This document shows positions 29,607-38,767 of a stretch of DNA of 64,000 bases, in pieces. A program made the position numbers and the translations under genes. The stretch spans positions 1 to 64,000 of the forward strand of contig JBGANF010000027.1 of NCBI GenBank assembly GCA_044222475.1, read 5' to 3'. This DNA is from Polyangiaceae bacterium (lineage in GTDB: Bacteria > Myxococcota_A > Polyangia > Polyangiales > Polyangiaceae). Every line of letters starts with the position of its first letter. Position 1 is the stretch's first letter. A model generated the notes under the pieces. That model was not told the DNA's origin and did not search any database. It worked only from the letters and a program-made list of their open reading frames with translations.

Positions 29607-30581
29607 ATGGTGATCGACCGCCGCTCGCTGCTCGTCTTCGCATCGCTGACCGCCTCGTTCGGCGCTGGCTGCATCCTCATCGTCGGCACCGACGACCGGA
29701 GCGTGGCGGATGCGGGCAAAAGCGACGGCGGCGTGGACCTCGGCGACGCGGCGTGCCGCCTCGGCGAGCCCTTCTCCGCGCTGAAGCCCGAGAAAGAGCT
29801 GAGCCGCTCGACCTCGGACGAGTCGGTCCGACTCACGCCGAACGGTCTCGAGGCGTACGTCGGCCGGCGCAGCGTCGACATCAACCACATCGACCTCTTT
29901 CGCTACGAACGAGCGACGCGTGATGCCCCGTGGGTCCTCATCGGCGAGGTCCCGCTCCTCGACAAATTTCCCGACGGCGGCCGCACGTCGGCGGCGAACA
30001 TGACGTTCACCGCGAACGGACTGGAGGCGATCTTCCAGTACTACGAGGACGACACCGGCCACGGGAGCCTCTTCGGCACGAAGAGGAGCTCTCCGTCGGA
30101 GCCGTGGTCCGCGCCGGCGCCGGTCATCGGGCTCGACTCGCCCGCGAGCGACGAGGGCCCGGTGCTCTCGGCGGACGGGCAGACGATCTACTTCTTCAGC
30201 GACCGCGAGACGCGGAACCCCCGGCTCTACACGGCGAGCGCCAACGGCATCGGGTTCACGAAGCCGGTGCGGATGCCGAACATCAACCCGGACAACGACT
30301 CGTACCCGGTCGTCACCGGCGACGAGCTCACGCTCTATTTCTCGAGCTCCAAATCCAAGGACAACGTCCTCGAGCGCAAGCTCTACAAGACGACGCGCGC
30401 GCGCCGCGATCTCCCGTTCGCGAGCCCTGGCGTCGAGGTCACCGAGCTCAACGCCGATGGCTGGCTGACGGTCCCCTCGTGGGTGTCGCCCGATGGCTGC
30501 GAGATCTACGTCTTGGCGTCGCGCCCCGACAGCAACCAGACCGGGCTGGACGTGTACTCGGCGCGCAAGCCACCTCGCTGA
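29607..30581 (+). CDS. Lipoprotein with PD40/TolB-like beta-propeller repeats
   Basis: DRRSLL...GAGC signal; repeats PVLSADGQTIYFFSDR, PVVTGDELTLYFSS, PSWVSPDGCEIY. Confidence 0.82.
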   Translation: MVIDRRSLLVFASLTASFGAGCILIVGTDDRSVADAGKSDGGVDLGDAACRLGEPFSALKPEKELSRSTSDESVRLTPNGLEAYVGRRSVDINHIDLFRYERATRDAPWVLIGEVPLLDKFPDGGRTSAANMTFTANGLEAIFQYYEDDTGHGSLFGTKRSSPSEPWSAPAPVIGLDSPASDEGPVLSADGQTIYFFSDRETRNPRLYTASANGIGFTKPVRMPNINPDNDSYPVVTGDELTLYFSSSKSKDNVLERKLYKTTRARRDLPFASPGVEVTELNADGWLTVPSWVSPDGCEIYVLASRPDSNQTGLDVYSARKPPR

Positions 30582-30633
30582 CGCCGACGCAGCCCTTGCG
30601 CGAAGGCCGTGGGATGGTGTCCGCTTTCGCCCG

Positions 30634-31869
30634 ATGGCGATCGACCCCTCCCTTCCCTACCCGGAGCACTTGCGTGCCCGCGCAGAGACCATCGCGTCGC
30701 TCTGCGTCCACGCCGGCGACGCTCGCGACGAGGCAACCCGCGCGCTCGAAGGACCGCTCGTGCTGTCCAGCGCGTATGCGTTCGACGATGCCGAGCACGC
30801 AGCCGGCGCGTTCCGCGGCGACAACGACGCGTACATCTACGGTCGCTGGAAGAACCCGACCGTCGAACGGCTCGAGGCCAAGCTCGCCGCGCTCGAGGGC
30901 ACCGAAGCCGCGTGCGCGACCGCGAGCGGGATGGCCGCGATCAGCGGTGCGGTCCTCGCGCTGTGCGGACACGGCGACCACGTCGTCGCACCGCGCGCGA
31001 TGTACGCCGAGAGCGCGCGCCTGCTCCGCGAGCGCCTCCCGCGCTTCGGCATCACGACGACGTTCGTCGACGGCGAAGATCCTGCGGCCTACGCGGCGGC
31101 AGTCACCGAACGAACGCGTGTACTCTACATAGAAACTCCGTCCAACCCGAACCTGCGCGTGACCGACGTGGCCGCGGTCGCGCTCATGGCGAAGAAGGCC
31201 GGGATCGTCAGCCTCGCGGACAACACCTTCGCGACGCCCTTCGCTCAGAACCCGTGCGCGCTCGGCGTGGACCTCGTCGTCCACTCGCTCACGAAGGGCC
31301 TCGGCGGGCACGGCGACGCGATCGGCGGCGCGGTCTGCGGATCGAAGGCGCTCGTGGAGAAAGTGCGCGACCTCAGCGTGAAGGGGCTCGGGGGCGTCCT
31401 CGCCCCGTTCAACGCCCTCTTGGTGTCGCGCGGGCTTCGCACGTTCGCCCTCCGCATGGAGCAAGCGAACCGCAGCGCCGCGGCGATCGCTCGGACCCTG
31501 GCAGAGACCCCTGGAGTCGCTCGCGTGCACCACCCGTCGCTGCCGGGTCACCCCGGGCACGCCCTCGCCCTATCGCAGATGCACGCGTTCGGCGCGCTCG
31601 TCTCGTTCGAGCTCGAGGCCGCGCAGGGTCGAAGCGCGCTCGACCGCGGCCGGCGCGTTCTCGAAGGCGTTCGCCTGGTCACGCACGCCGTGAGCCTCGG
31701 CGATGCTCGGTCTCTACTGACGCATCCTGCCTCGACGACGCACTCGACGATGCCAGCGGCGGATCGAGAGCGGGCCGGAATCGGTGACGGATTGCTACGG
31801 CTGAGCGTCGGGCTCGAGTCCGAAGCCGACCTTTCGGCCGATCTTCGCGCGGCGATCTCTGCCGCGTGA
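30634..31869 (+). CDS. PLP-dependent trans-sulfuration enzyme (methionine gamma-lyase / cystathionine gamma-synthase family)
   Basis: YIYGRWKNPT, ASGMAAI, ETPSNP, DNTFATP, VVHSLTKGLGGHGD (PLP Lys), AVSLGD, HPASTTH, LRLSVGLE. Confidence 0.93.
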   Translation: MAIDPSLPYPEHLRARAETIASLCVHAGDARDEATRALEGPLVLSSAYAFDDAEHAAGAFRGDNDAYIYGRWKNPTVERLEAKLAALEGTEAACATASGMAAISGAVLALCGHGDHVVAPRAMYAESARLLRERLPRFGITTTFVDGEDPAAYAAAVTERTRVLYIETPSNPNLRVTDVAAVALMAKKAGIVSLADNTFATPFAQNPCALGVDLVVHSLTKGLGGHGDAIGGAVCGSKALVEKVRDLSVKGLGGVLAPFNALLVSRGLRTFALRMEQANRSAAAIARTLAETPGVARVHHPSLPGHPGHALALSQMHAFGALVSFELEAAQGRSALDRGRRVLEGVRLVTHAVSLGDARSLLTHPASTTHSTMPAADRERAGIGDGLLRLSVGLESEADLSADLRAAISAA

Positions 31870-31914
31870 CGGCCTTGCGGGCCTGGAGTGCGAACCTTAC
31901 GATGCTCCTCCTCC

Positions 31915-34854
31915 ATGGCGCGCCGAGAACCGAAGACCAGTGCGGCGAAACCCGTCGCGCCGGGTGAAGGCCGCATCGACGTCGTCGGCGCTCGGCAGCA
32001 CAACCTCAAGGGCGTGACGATCTCGCTCCCGCGCGGAGCGATCGTGGTCCTCACCGGTCCGAGCGGGTCCGGCAAATCGTCGCTCGCGTTCGACACGATC
32101 TACGCCGAGGGCCAACGTCGCTACGTGGAGAGCCTCTCGGCGTATGCGCGCCAGTTCCTCGAACAGCTCCCCAAGCCCGACGTCGAGCGCATCGATGGGC
32201 TCTCCCCCGCCATCGCGATCGAGCAGCGCCCTCTCTCGAAGTCGCCACGATCGACGGTGGGCACCGTGACCGAGATCGCCGACTACCTGCGCGTGCTCTA
32301 CGCCCGGGTCGGCGTGCCTCACTGCCCGAGCTGCGGCAAGCGCATCGAGGCTCAGACCGTGCAGCAGATCGTCGATCGCGTGCTCTCGATGACCGACGGG
32401 ACTCGGCTGTCGGTGCTGGCGCCCATCTGCCGCGCGCGCAAAGGCGAGCTGAAGCTCGAGCTCGAGCGTCTGCGACGCGAAGGTTTCGTGCGCGCGCGCG
32501 TCGACGGCACCGCCGTCGACCTCGGTGACGACATCGAGCTCGACCGAAACCGCGCGCACGACCTCGACGTCGTGGTCGATCGCGTGGTGTTGAAGGATGG
32601 CCTGCGAGCCCGCCTCACCGACAGCGTCGAGCTCGCCCTGAAGATCGGCGAGGGGCGCCTGCTCATCGCGCCCGAGCCGCAGCCGGGCGAGCCGCCGCCG
32701 GAGCCGTTCTGGCTCTCCGAACGCTTCGCCTGCGTCGACTGCGGGATCTCGCTGCCGCCGATCGAGCCGCGGATGTTCTCGTTCAACGGCCCACACGGAG
32801 CGTGTCCGAGCTGCGACGGGATCGGCTCGCGCGTCGTCGTCGACGCCGAGCGCATCGTGAGCGAGCCCACGCGAACGCTGCGCGAGGGTGCGGTCCTCGC
32901 GTGGGGCCGCCGCGGGTCGGTCGCGCTCGCGACCGAGCTCGCCCGCGCGACCGCGGCCCTCGGGGTCGATCCCGACAAGCCGTGGAGCGACCTGCCGGAG
33001 GAGCATCGCCGCGCGATCCTCTTCGGCGACGGCGACGAGAAGAAGAAGCGCGCACCGAAGGGGACGCCCAAGCGGCGCCCCTACGAAGGCATCGTTCCGC
33101 GGCTCGAAGCGCGGCTCGAAGGCGGCGATCCCCAACCCGACGAGGGCGAGGACAGCGCGGAGTTCCCCGACGAGAGCGAAGGCGCCGTCGGCGAGGACGA
33201 GATCGGCCGCTTCTGCGTCACCCGAACGTGTGCATCCTGCAAGGGTCGGCGCCTCCGCCCCGAGGCGCTCGCGGTCCGCATCGAGCAGAAGGACATCTCC
33301 GAGCTCGGAGCGATGCCGCTGGAGAAGCTCCGCGCGTTCGTCTCGACGCTCGGCACGGCGACGTTTCCGCCGAAGGAGCTCACGGTCGCCGAGCCGCTCC
33401 TCCGCGCGGTGGCAGCGCGCCTCGGCTTCCTCATCGAGGTCGGGCTCGACTACCTGACGCTGGATCGCAGCGCCCAGACGCTGTCCAGCGGCGAAGGCCA
33501 GCGCATCCGCCTCGCGACCCAGATCGGCGCCGCCCTCGTCGGCGTCCTCTACGTCCTCGACGAACCGTCGGTGGGTCTTCACGCACGCGACAACGAGCGA
33601 CTCATCGAGGCGCAGGCGCGCCTCCGCGATCTCGGCAACACGGTGATCGTCGTCGAGCACGATCGCGAGGCCATCTTGGCCGCCGATCACGTCGTCGACA
33701 TGGGGCCCGGCGCCGGCATTCACGGCGGGCAGGTGATCGCTCAAGGTACGCCCGAAGACCTGATGGCGAACCCGAAGTCGATCACGGGTCCGTACCTCTC
33801 TGGGAAGCTCCGCCTTCCCCTTCCGGCGAAGCGCAAGTCGCGCCCGAAGAACGCGATCAAGGTGATCGGTGCGCGCGCGCACAACCTCCAGAACGTGACG
33901 GTCGACATCCCGCTCGGTTTGCTGGTCGCGGTGACGGGCGTCTCCGGAAGCGGCAAGTCGAGCCTCGTCGTCGACACGCTCCTCCCGGCGGCGCGCTCAC
34001 GTTTGTATTCTGCAAACTCTCCGATCGGCGAGTGCGACAAGGTCGCCGGGCTCGAGCACGTCGACAAGGTGATCAGCATCGACCAAGCGCCGATCGGTCG
34101 TACGCCGCGCTCCAACTCGGCGACCTACACGGGAGTGTTCGCGCTCTTGCGCGAGCTCTACGCCGGTCTCCCCGAGGCGCGCACCCGCGGGTACAAGGCG
34201 GGGCGTTTCTCGTTCAACGTGAAGGGCGGCCGGTGCGAGTCCTGCCAGGGCGATGGCGTGCTCCGCGTCGAGATGCACTTCCTCCCCGACGTGTTCGTCA
34301 CTTGCGATACGTGCGGCGGCAAGCGCTACAACCGCGAGACTCTCGAGGTGCGGTACCGCGGGCTGTCGATCGCGGAGGCGCTCGAGCTCACGGTGGAGCA
34401 GGCCGCGCAGACGTTCGACGCCGTGCCGCGCGTACGCGAGCGCCTCGACGCGCTCGTCGCCGTGGGCCTCGGCTACCTCTCGCTCGGACAGCCCGCGACG
34501 ACGCTGTCGGGCGGCGAAGCGCAGCGCGTGAAGCTCGCGCGCGAGCTCGCCCGCAAGGCGACCGGCAAGACGCTCTACGTCCTCGACGAGCCGACGACGG
34601 GGCTCCACTTCACCGACATCGAGGCGCTCCTCCTCTCGCTCTTGTCGCTGCGCGACCAGGGCAACACGGTGCTCGTGATCGAGCACAACCTCGACGTCGT
34701 CGCCTGCGCCGATTGGGTGATCGACATGGGCCCCGAAGGAGGCGACAAAGGCGGCGAGCTGGTGGCGGCGGGTACGCCGGAGCAGATCGCGGAGAACGCG
34801 CGCTCGCACACCGGGCGTTATCTCGCGGAAGTACTCACCCGGAACAAGAGGTAG
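31915..34854 (+). CDS. uvrA: Excinuclease ABC subunit A
   Basis: GARQHNLK, GPSGSGKSSLAFDTIYAEGQRRYVESLS, zinc fingers, LSSGEGQRIRLATQIG, second ABC domain GVSGSGKS / LSGGEAQRVKLA. Confidence 0.98.
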   Translation: MARREPKTSAAKPVAPGEGRIDVVGARQHNLKGVTISLPRGAIVVLTGPSGSGKSSLAFDTIYAEGQRRYVESLSAYARQFLEQLPKPDVERIDGLSPAIAIEQRPLSKSPRSTVGTVTEIADYLRVLYARVGVPHCPSCGKRIEAQTVQQIVDRVLSMTDGTRLSVLAPICRARKGELKLELERLRREGFVRARVDGTAVDLGDDIELDRNRAHDLDVVVDRVVLKDGLRARLTDSVELALKIGEGRLLIAPEPQPGEPPPEPFWLSERFACVDCGISLPPIEPRMFSFNGPHGACPSCDGIGSRVVVDAERIVSEPTRTLREGAVLAWGRRGSVALATELARATAALGVDPDKPWSDLPEEHRRAILFGDGDEKKKRAPKGTPKRRPYEGIVPRLEARLEGGDPQPDEGEDSAEFPDESEGAVGEDEIGRFCVTRTCASCKGRRLRPEALAVRIEQKDISELGAMPLEKLRAFVSTLGTATFPPKELTVAEPLLRAVAARLGFLIEVGLDYLTLDRSAQTLSSGEGQRIRLATQIGAALVGVLYVLDEPSVGLHARDNERLIEAQARLRDLGNTVIVVEHDREAILAADHVVDMGPGAGIHGGQVIAQGTPEDLMANPKSITGPYLSGKLRLPLPAKRKSRPKNAIKVIGARAHNLQNVTVDIPLGLLVAVTGVSGSGKSSLVVDTLLPAARSRLYSANSPIGECDKVAGLEHVDKVISIDQAPIGRTPRSNSATYTGVFALLRELYAGLPEARTRGYKAGRFSFNVKGGRCESCQGDGVLRVEMHFLPDVFVTCDTCGGKRYNRETLEVRYRGLSIAEALELTVEQAAQTFDAVPRVRERLDALVAVGLGYLSLGQPATTLSGGEAQRVKLARELARKATGKTLYVLDEPTTGLHFTDIEALLLSLLSLRDQGNTVLVIEHNLDVVACADWVIDMGPEGGDKGGELVAAGTPEQIAENARSHTGRYLAEVLTRNKR

Positions 34855-34856
34855 CC

Positions 34857-35060
34857 ATGGGATGGGAATATCGATTGCTGAGGTTCGACGCCGCGAAAGG
34901 CTTCTTCCGTGATGCCGGCGACATCGACGACGACAGAGCGACCGACGAGCTGAACACACTCGGGGCGGAAGGCTGGGAGCTCGCCGGAACGTTCGAGACG
35001 AACGTCGTACAAGGCCGAACCGCCCACGTGACCTTCATCATGAAGAGGCCCAGGAAGTAG
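34857..35060 (+). CDS. DUF4177-like small protein (67 aa)
   Basis: MGWEYR...ELNTLGAEGWEL...FIMKRP; ATG 2 nt after the uvrA stop. Confidence 0.82.
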   Translation: MGWEYRLLRFDAAKGFFRDAGDIDDDRATDELNTLGAEGWELAGTFETNVVQGRTAHVTFIMKRPRK

Positions 35061-35068
35061 TTCGGGAG

Positions 35069-35320
35069 ATCTCGCGCGCGGAAGTGAGACCACGACTTCG
35101 AATGCTGCTCCGCATCCGGAGTGAGTTGCGAGACGCCGGCGGGGCGGCGCGCTGAAGTGTGGACAAGACTTCTGGAGGTGCTTCGCATCCGGAGTGAGTT
35201 GCGAGACGCTGGCGGTGCTTCGCGCGGGAGTATGGACAAGACTTCTGGAGGTGCTCTGCATCTGGCGTGAGGCGAGACCGAAAGGGTGCTTCGCATCTGG
35301 AGTGAGTCGCGAGACGCTTG
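35069..35320 (+). repeat. Tandem array of seven degenerate 35-37 bp units
   Basis: Units start near 35069, 35105, 35142, 35178, 35215, 35251, 35286. Best unit GTGCTTCGCATCCGGAGTGAGTTGCGAGACGC alternates with a GGACAAGACTTCTGGAG variant. Confidence 0.85.
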
Positions 35321-35456
35321 CCTAGGTCACTCACGTAAGGGGCCCTGACGGCCCCTCGCGCGCTACGCGCGCTCACCCCACGGGCCATCTTCGTCGCTCC
35401 GCTCCTCGATGACCGAACGGGGGCTGCCGCCCCCCTCTCCCCCCGGCCTCCCAGTT
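35286..35456 (+). repeat. Left copy of ~170 bp structured element (inverted partner at 35651-35825)
   Basis: Aligns along its length with the reverse complement of 35651-35825; contains four hairpins. Confidence 0.85.
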
Positions 35457-35650
35457 GCGGAGGTCGTCCCAAAGTGGGACGCACAGACGCTCCGGGTCGA
35501 GTAACCACGAGCCTTCGGAGGGTGCTACGCGCCGAAGTGAGCTCCAAGACTTCCGTGCAGAGCAGCCCGATTCACCTTCGGATGCAGGGCACCTTCGAAG
35601 TCTTGCCCTCACTTCGGCCCGCAGCACGCTTCGAAGTCTTGGCCTCACTT

Positions 35651-35825
35651 CCAAGCTTGGAGGCGGGGGGAGAGGGGGGCGCAGCCCCCGTTCCGGTCAC
35701 CGACTCGCGGAGCGACGTCGTGTGACCGCGTGGGGTGAGGGTGCGTAGCACCCGAGGGCGATGCAATCGCCCTTTGTTAAGTGAACTAGGCCAGCGTCTC
35801 GCAACTCACTCCACATGCGAAGCAC
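35651..35825 (-). repeat. Right (inverted) copy of ~170 bp structured element
   Basis: Reverse complement reads GTGCTTCGCATGTGGAGTGAGTTGCGAGACGCTGGCCTAG...GGGGGCTGCGCCCCCCTCTCCCCCCGCCTCC, matching the left copy. Confidence 0.85.
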
Positions 35826-35931
35826 GTTCCCAGCCGCGCCCTGACCCAGATGCGAAGCACGGCCCGCGTCTCGCAACTCACTCCCGATGCGAAGCACCCT
35901 CACAGCCGGACTCACTCCAGATGCGAAGCAC
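35794..35931 (-). repeat. Tandem array of four inverted ~35 bp units
   Basis: ATGCGAAGCAC ends at 35825, 35860, 35897, 35931 (reverse complement of the left-arm unit start). Confidence 0.85.
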
Positions 35932-35948
35932 GGCCCGGAACGACGCTC

Positions 35949-36311
35949 TCAGCCGAAATCTTTTTCCAGCCGCTCTTGGTCTTCCTTGCACTTGATGCAG
36001 AGGGTGGTCTCGGGCCGTGCCTCGAGCCGCTTCACGCTGATCTCTTCCCCGCACTCTTCGCAGGTGCCGAACGATCCGTCCTCGATCTTGGCCAGCGCCT
36101 TGTGGATCTTGTCGAGGAACGACTTCTCCCGCCCGCGGAGGCGGAAGGTGAACGACTGCAGGTACTCGCTCGATGCGAGGTCCATTTCGTCCGGAAGATC
36201 ATTCGCGTCGAGAGTCATGTCCTCTTCGAGCGTCTGCTTCGCCTTCTTGACGATTTCGTCGCGCTTTTCGGTGAGAAGCGTCTTGAACTTCTTCAGCTGC
36301 GTCTTGTTCAC
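35949..36311 (-). CDS. dksA: RNA polymerase-binding protein DksA
   Basis: Coiled-coil tip PDEMDLAS (DxxDxA) and C4 zinc finger CEECG...RLEARP..LCIKC. Confidence 0.92.
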   Translation of the reverse strand: MNKTQLKKFKTLLTEKRDEIVKKAKQTLEEDMTLDANDLPDEMDLASSEYLQSFTFRLRGREKSFLDKIHKALAKIEDGSFGTCEECGEEISVKRLEARPETTLCIKCKEDQERLEKDFG

Positions 36312-36483
36312 TGCGGTTCGCTCCGCTCTGGATGGGTAACGCCCAACCGGTACATCGAGGGCGAAAGACGGTAGGCATCCACACCGGTGCCGTCAACTGG
36401 CACCTCGAAAATCGTACGCCTGTGGAGAAAACGGGGCCTCCGCCACCCTCCACACGCCTTCGCGTTCGTGGCAGGGTTCGGGC

Positions 36484-37449
36484 GTGCGAATCCTGATGGG
36501 GATCGACGAAAACGGCCTCGGACCGCGCCTCGGGCCGCTGATCATCACCGGCGTCACCGTGAGCGTGACCGGCGATGGTGAGCGCGTCGCCAGCCGCGCG
36601 CCCGGCCGCTCGTTCGCCCGCATCGGCGACTCGAAAGCACTTGTAACCTACAAGGATTCGTCGCTCGGCGAGGCGTGGGCCCGCGCGCTCCTCCGCCGAC
36701 TGGGCCGCCCGGCGAAGACCGTCGACGAGACCATCCACTCGATCTCGCTCGACCCTCGAGCGGCGCTGCGCGCTCCCTGCCCGGGAGACCATCACCACCA
36801 GTGCTGGCGCTCGGACGAGGCGTTCGCCGCCGACGACACGTTGGTCCACCAGGTCGGTCGCGACCTCGATCGCCTCGGCGCCAAGGGCATCTCGATCGTC
36901 GACGTGCGCGCGGTGATCGTCTGCGCGCAGAAGCTCAACGTCGCCGCCGACGCCGGCACGTCGCGCTTCGACGTGGATCTCCACGCGATGGAGCGGCTCG
37001 TCCTCGCGTCGCGCGAGGCGACCGGGGACGAAGTCTTCGCCACCTGCGGCAAGGTCGGCGGGTACGACCGCTACTCGGCGGCCTTCGGTCCTCTCGCCGG
37101 CCGACTCCACGTCGCCATCGAGGAGGGCCGCAAGCGGAGCACGTACCGGTTCCCGACGGTCGGCGAGCTCTCGTTCGTCCGCGACGCGGACGCGGGGAAC
37201 CTCCTCGTCGCGATGGCGTCGCTCGTCGGCAAGTGGCTGCGCGACGCGCTCATGGCGCGCATCGTCCGCCACCACCGCGCCGCCGCCGGTGACGAGACGA
37301 TCCCCGAGCCGAGCGGCTACCACGATCCGGTGACCGCGAAATTCGTCGACGCGACGTCGCTCGCGCGGAAGAAGCACGGTCTCCCCGACGACTGCTTCGA
37401 GCGGCGCGCGCGGGAGCCCGGACCCAAGAGTCAGCGGACGCCTGCGTGA
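36484..37449 (+). CDS. Ribonuclease HII-like protein (atypical)
   Basis: GIDENGLGPRLGP, IGDSK, DAD..VAMASLVGKWLRD and SGYHDP resemble RNase HII motifs. Confidence 0.7.
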   Translation: MRILMGIDENGLGPRLGPLIITGVTVSVTGDGERVASRAPGRSFARIGDSKALVTYKDSSLGEAWARALLRRLGRPAKTVDETIHSISLDPRAALRAPCPGDHHHQCWRSDEAFAADDTLVHQVGRDLDRLGAKGISIVDVRAVIVCAQKLNVAADAGTSRFDVDLHAMERLVLASREATGDEVFATCGKVGGYDRYSAAFGPLAGRLHVAIEEGRKRSTYRFPTVGELSFVRDADAGNLLVAMASLVGKWLRDALMARIVRHHRAAAGDETIPEPSGYHDPVTAKFVDATSLARKKHGLPDDCFERRAREPGPKSQRTPA

Positions 37450-37455
37450 AGCCGA

Positions 37456-38592
37456 CTACTTGAGGAGCGCGCGGACCTTGGCGACCTTCTCGTCCTTGGA
37501 GAGCCGCACGTCGCCCTGCTTGTCGAGCGGGAGCCCGACCTTGAACGCGCGCGGCTCGTCGCCGACGCCGACGACGAGGCTGCCCTTGCGGACGAACACC
37601 CACTCGACCTTTGGTCCGCCCTCGATGCCGTCGAGCACGACGACCGCTGCCTCGTCTCCGAGGTCCTTGAGCGGCATCGACCCGGGCGCGGACTTCAACG
37701 TCTTGAACGTGTCCTTCGCCTGCTCGGCGTCTTCTCGCTGCGCGGCGTAAAGGCGGTAGCGCTTCGTACCAACTTGGTAAAATCCGACCGCGCCGGCGCC
37801 GGCGTTCTTGATCCCCAGCGCCTCCTTCTGGGCGTAGAGCACGCCGTTCGGCAGGCGCTCCGCTTCGGGCAGCGCCTTCGCCGATACCGGCATCGCAGCG
37901 TCGGTCAGCTTCGCGGCGATGTCCTTGCCGAGAGCGGTGAGGATCACCTCGCTGCTCTTCTTGAGCTGCTCCGGGTTCTCTTGGTCGTTCGAGTACGTGA
38001 GCTCGAGGAAATACGGGCCGCGCTGCACGTACGCCTTGCCCGTGCCCATCGCGCCGAGCCCCGCGCCGACCGCCATCGGCTTCATCGCCGACGGGTCGGC
38101 GGGATCGAGATCGGCGGTGAGTCGCGTCGTGAAGATCGTGTACGCGCCGTCGGCTTCGAACTGGCTGAGCATCGCCTCGACGCTGGCGGGGCCGCTGCCG
38201 TCGACGTAGCGCACGATGACCGTGCGCGTGACGCCGAAGTTTCGGTACTCCTCGCAACCGCCGTCGAGCGCGGTGTTGCAGAGCTCCTTGATCCCGAGCT
38301 TGCCCTTGTCACCGAAGCTCTTCGTGTCCGCGTGGGGATCGACGCAGTAGCCCGCGACCGTGCGACCGAAGAACGCGGCGCTCGGTGCGTCGCTCACGGT
38401 CCCGCCGCCGCCGACGCACGCACCGCCGCCGGCGGTGCTGGCCGAAGGGGGAGGCGGAGGCGGGGGCGTGCCCTGGGGTTTGGGGTCGTCCTTGCATCCG
38501 CCGAGAATGGCGACGCCGAGGGCGAGGGCGGCTCCCAGACACGCTAGCCGGCTAACAATTCCAGAGAGGGCGGGAGGGGGAACGGCAAACAT
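37456..38592 (-). CDS. Hypothetical lipoprotein
   Basis: Lipobox LGGC, Pro-rich linker, paired Cys, duplicated alpha/beta-like halves. Confidence 0.75.
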   Translation of the reverse strand: MFAVPPPALSGIVSRLACLGAALALGVAILGGCKDDPKPQGTPPPPPPPSASTAGGGACVGGGGTVSDAPSAAFFGRTVAGYCVDPHADTKSFGDKGKLGIKELCNTALDGGCEEYRNFGVTRTVIVRYVDGSGPASVEAMLSQFEADGAYTIFTTRLTADLDPADPSAMKPMAVGAGLGAMGTGKAYVQRGPYFLELTYSNDQENPEQLKKSSEVILTALGKDIAAKLTDAAMPVSAKALPEAERLPNGVLYAQKEALGIKNAGAGAVGFYQVGTKRYRLYAAQREDAEQAKDTFKTLKSAPGSMPLKDLGDEAAVVVLDGIEGGPKVEWVFVRKGSLVVGVGDEPRAFKVGLPLDKQGDVRLSKDEKVAKVRALLK

Positions 38593-38739
38593 GGCCGGTT
38601 CTTATGGCAGTTCGGCTGCCCGGCGCACTACGCAACTTTTTCACAGTCCGCACTTCCTTTCGGGTGGGCGAAGGTGGGCGAAAAAGCGAAAACTGTACTA
38701 TTCACGGCAGTTTGCGGGACGATCCCAAGCCATGAAGCG

Positions 38740-38755
38740 CGGTATGCACCTTGCT
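38740..38755 (+). promoter_or_regulatory. Putative sigma54 -24/-12 promoter of the minor pilin operon
   Basis: CGGTATGCACCTTGCT: GG at 38741-42 and TTGC at 38751-54 with canonical spacing; predicted +1 near 38766, just before ATG 38768. Confidence 0.45.
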
Positions 38756-38767
38756 CTGCACAGACCG

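Noticed and set aside
31870..31914. LexA/SOS box upstream of uvrA
   Set aside because: No convincing match to a LexA motif; only a TACGAT -10-like hexamer is visible.
35069..35931. CRISPR array
   Set aside because: Unit size is CRISPR-like, but the intervening segments are variants of the same unit rather than unique spacers, orientation flips midway, and no cas genes are present.
34818..35995. Short ORFs across the repeat region (LATHSxCEA / SQLTPDAKH peptides)
   Set aside because: They are translations of the DNA repeats in several frames and on both strands. Unit lengths of 34-37 bp do not keep frame.
38605..38619. Alternative sigma54 site TGGCAGTTCGGCTGC
   Set aside because: GG/GC spacing is correct but the -12 element is weaker than at 38740; it could be chance.
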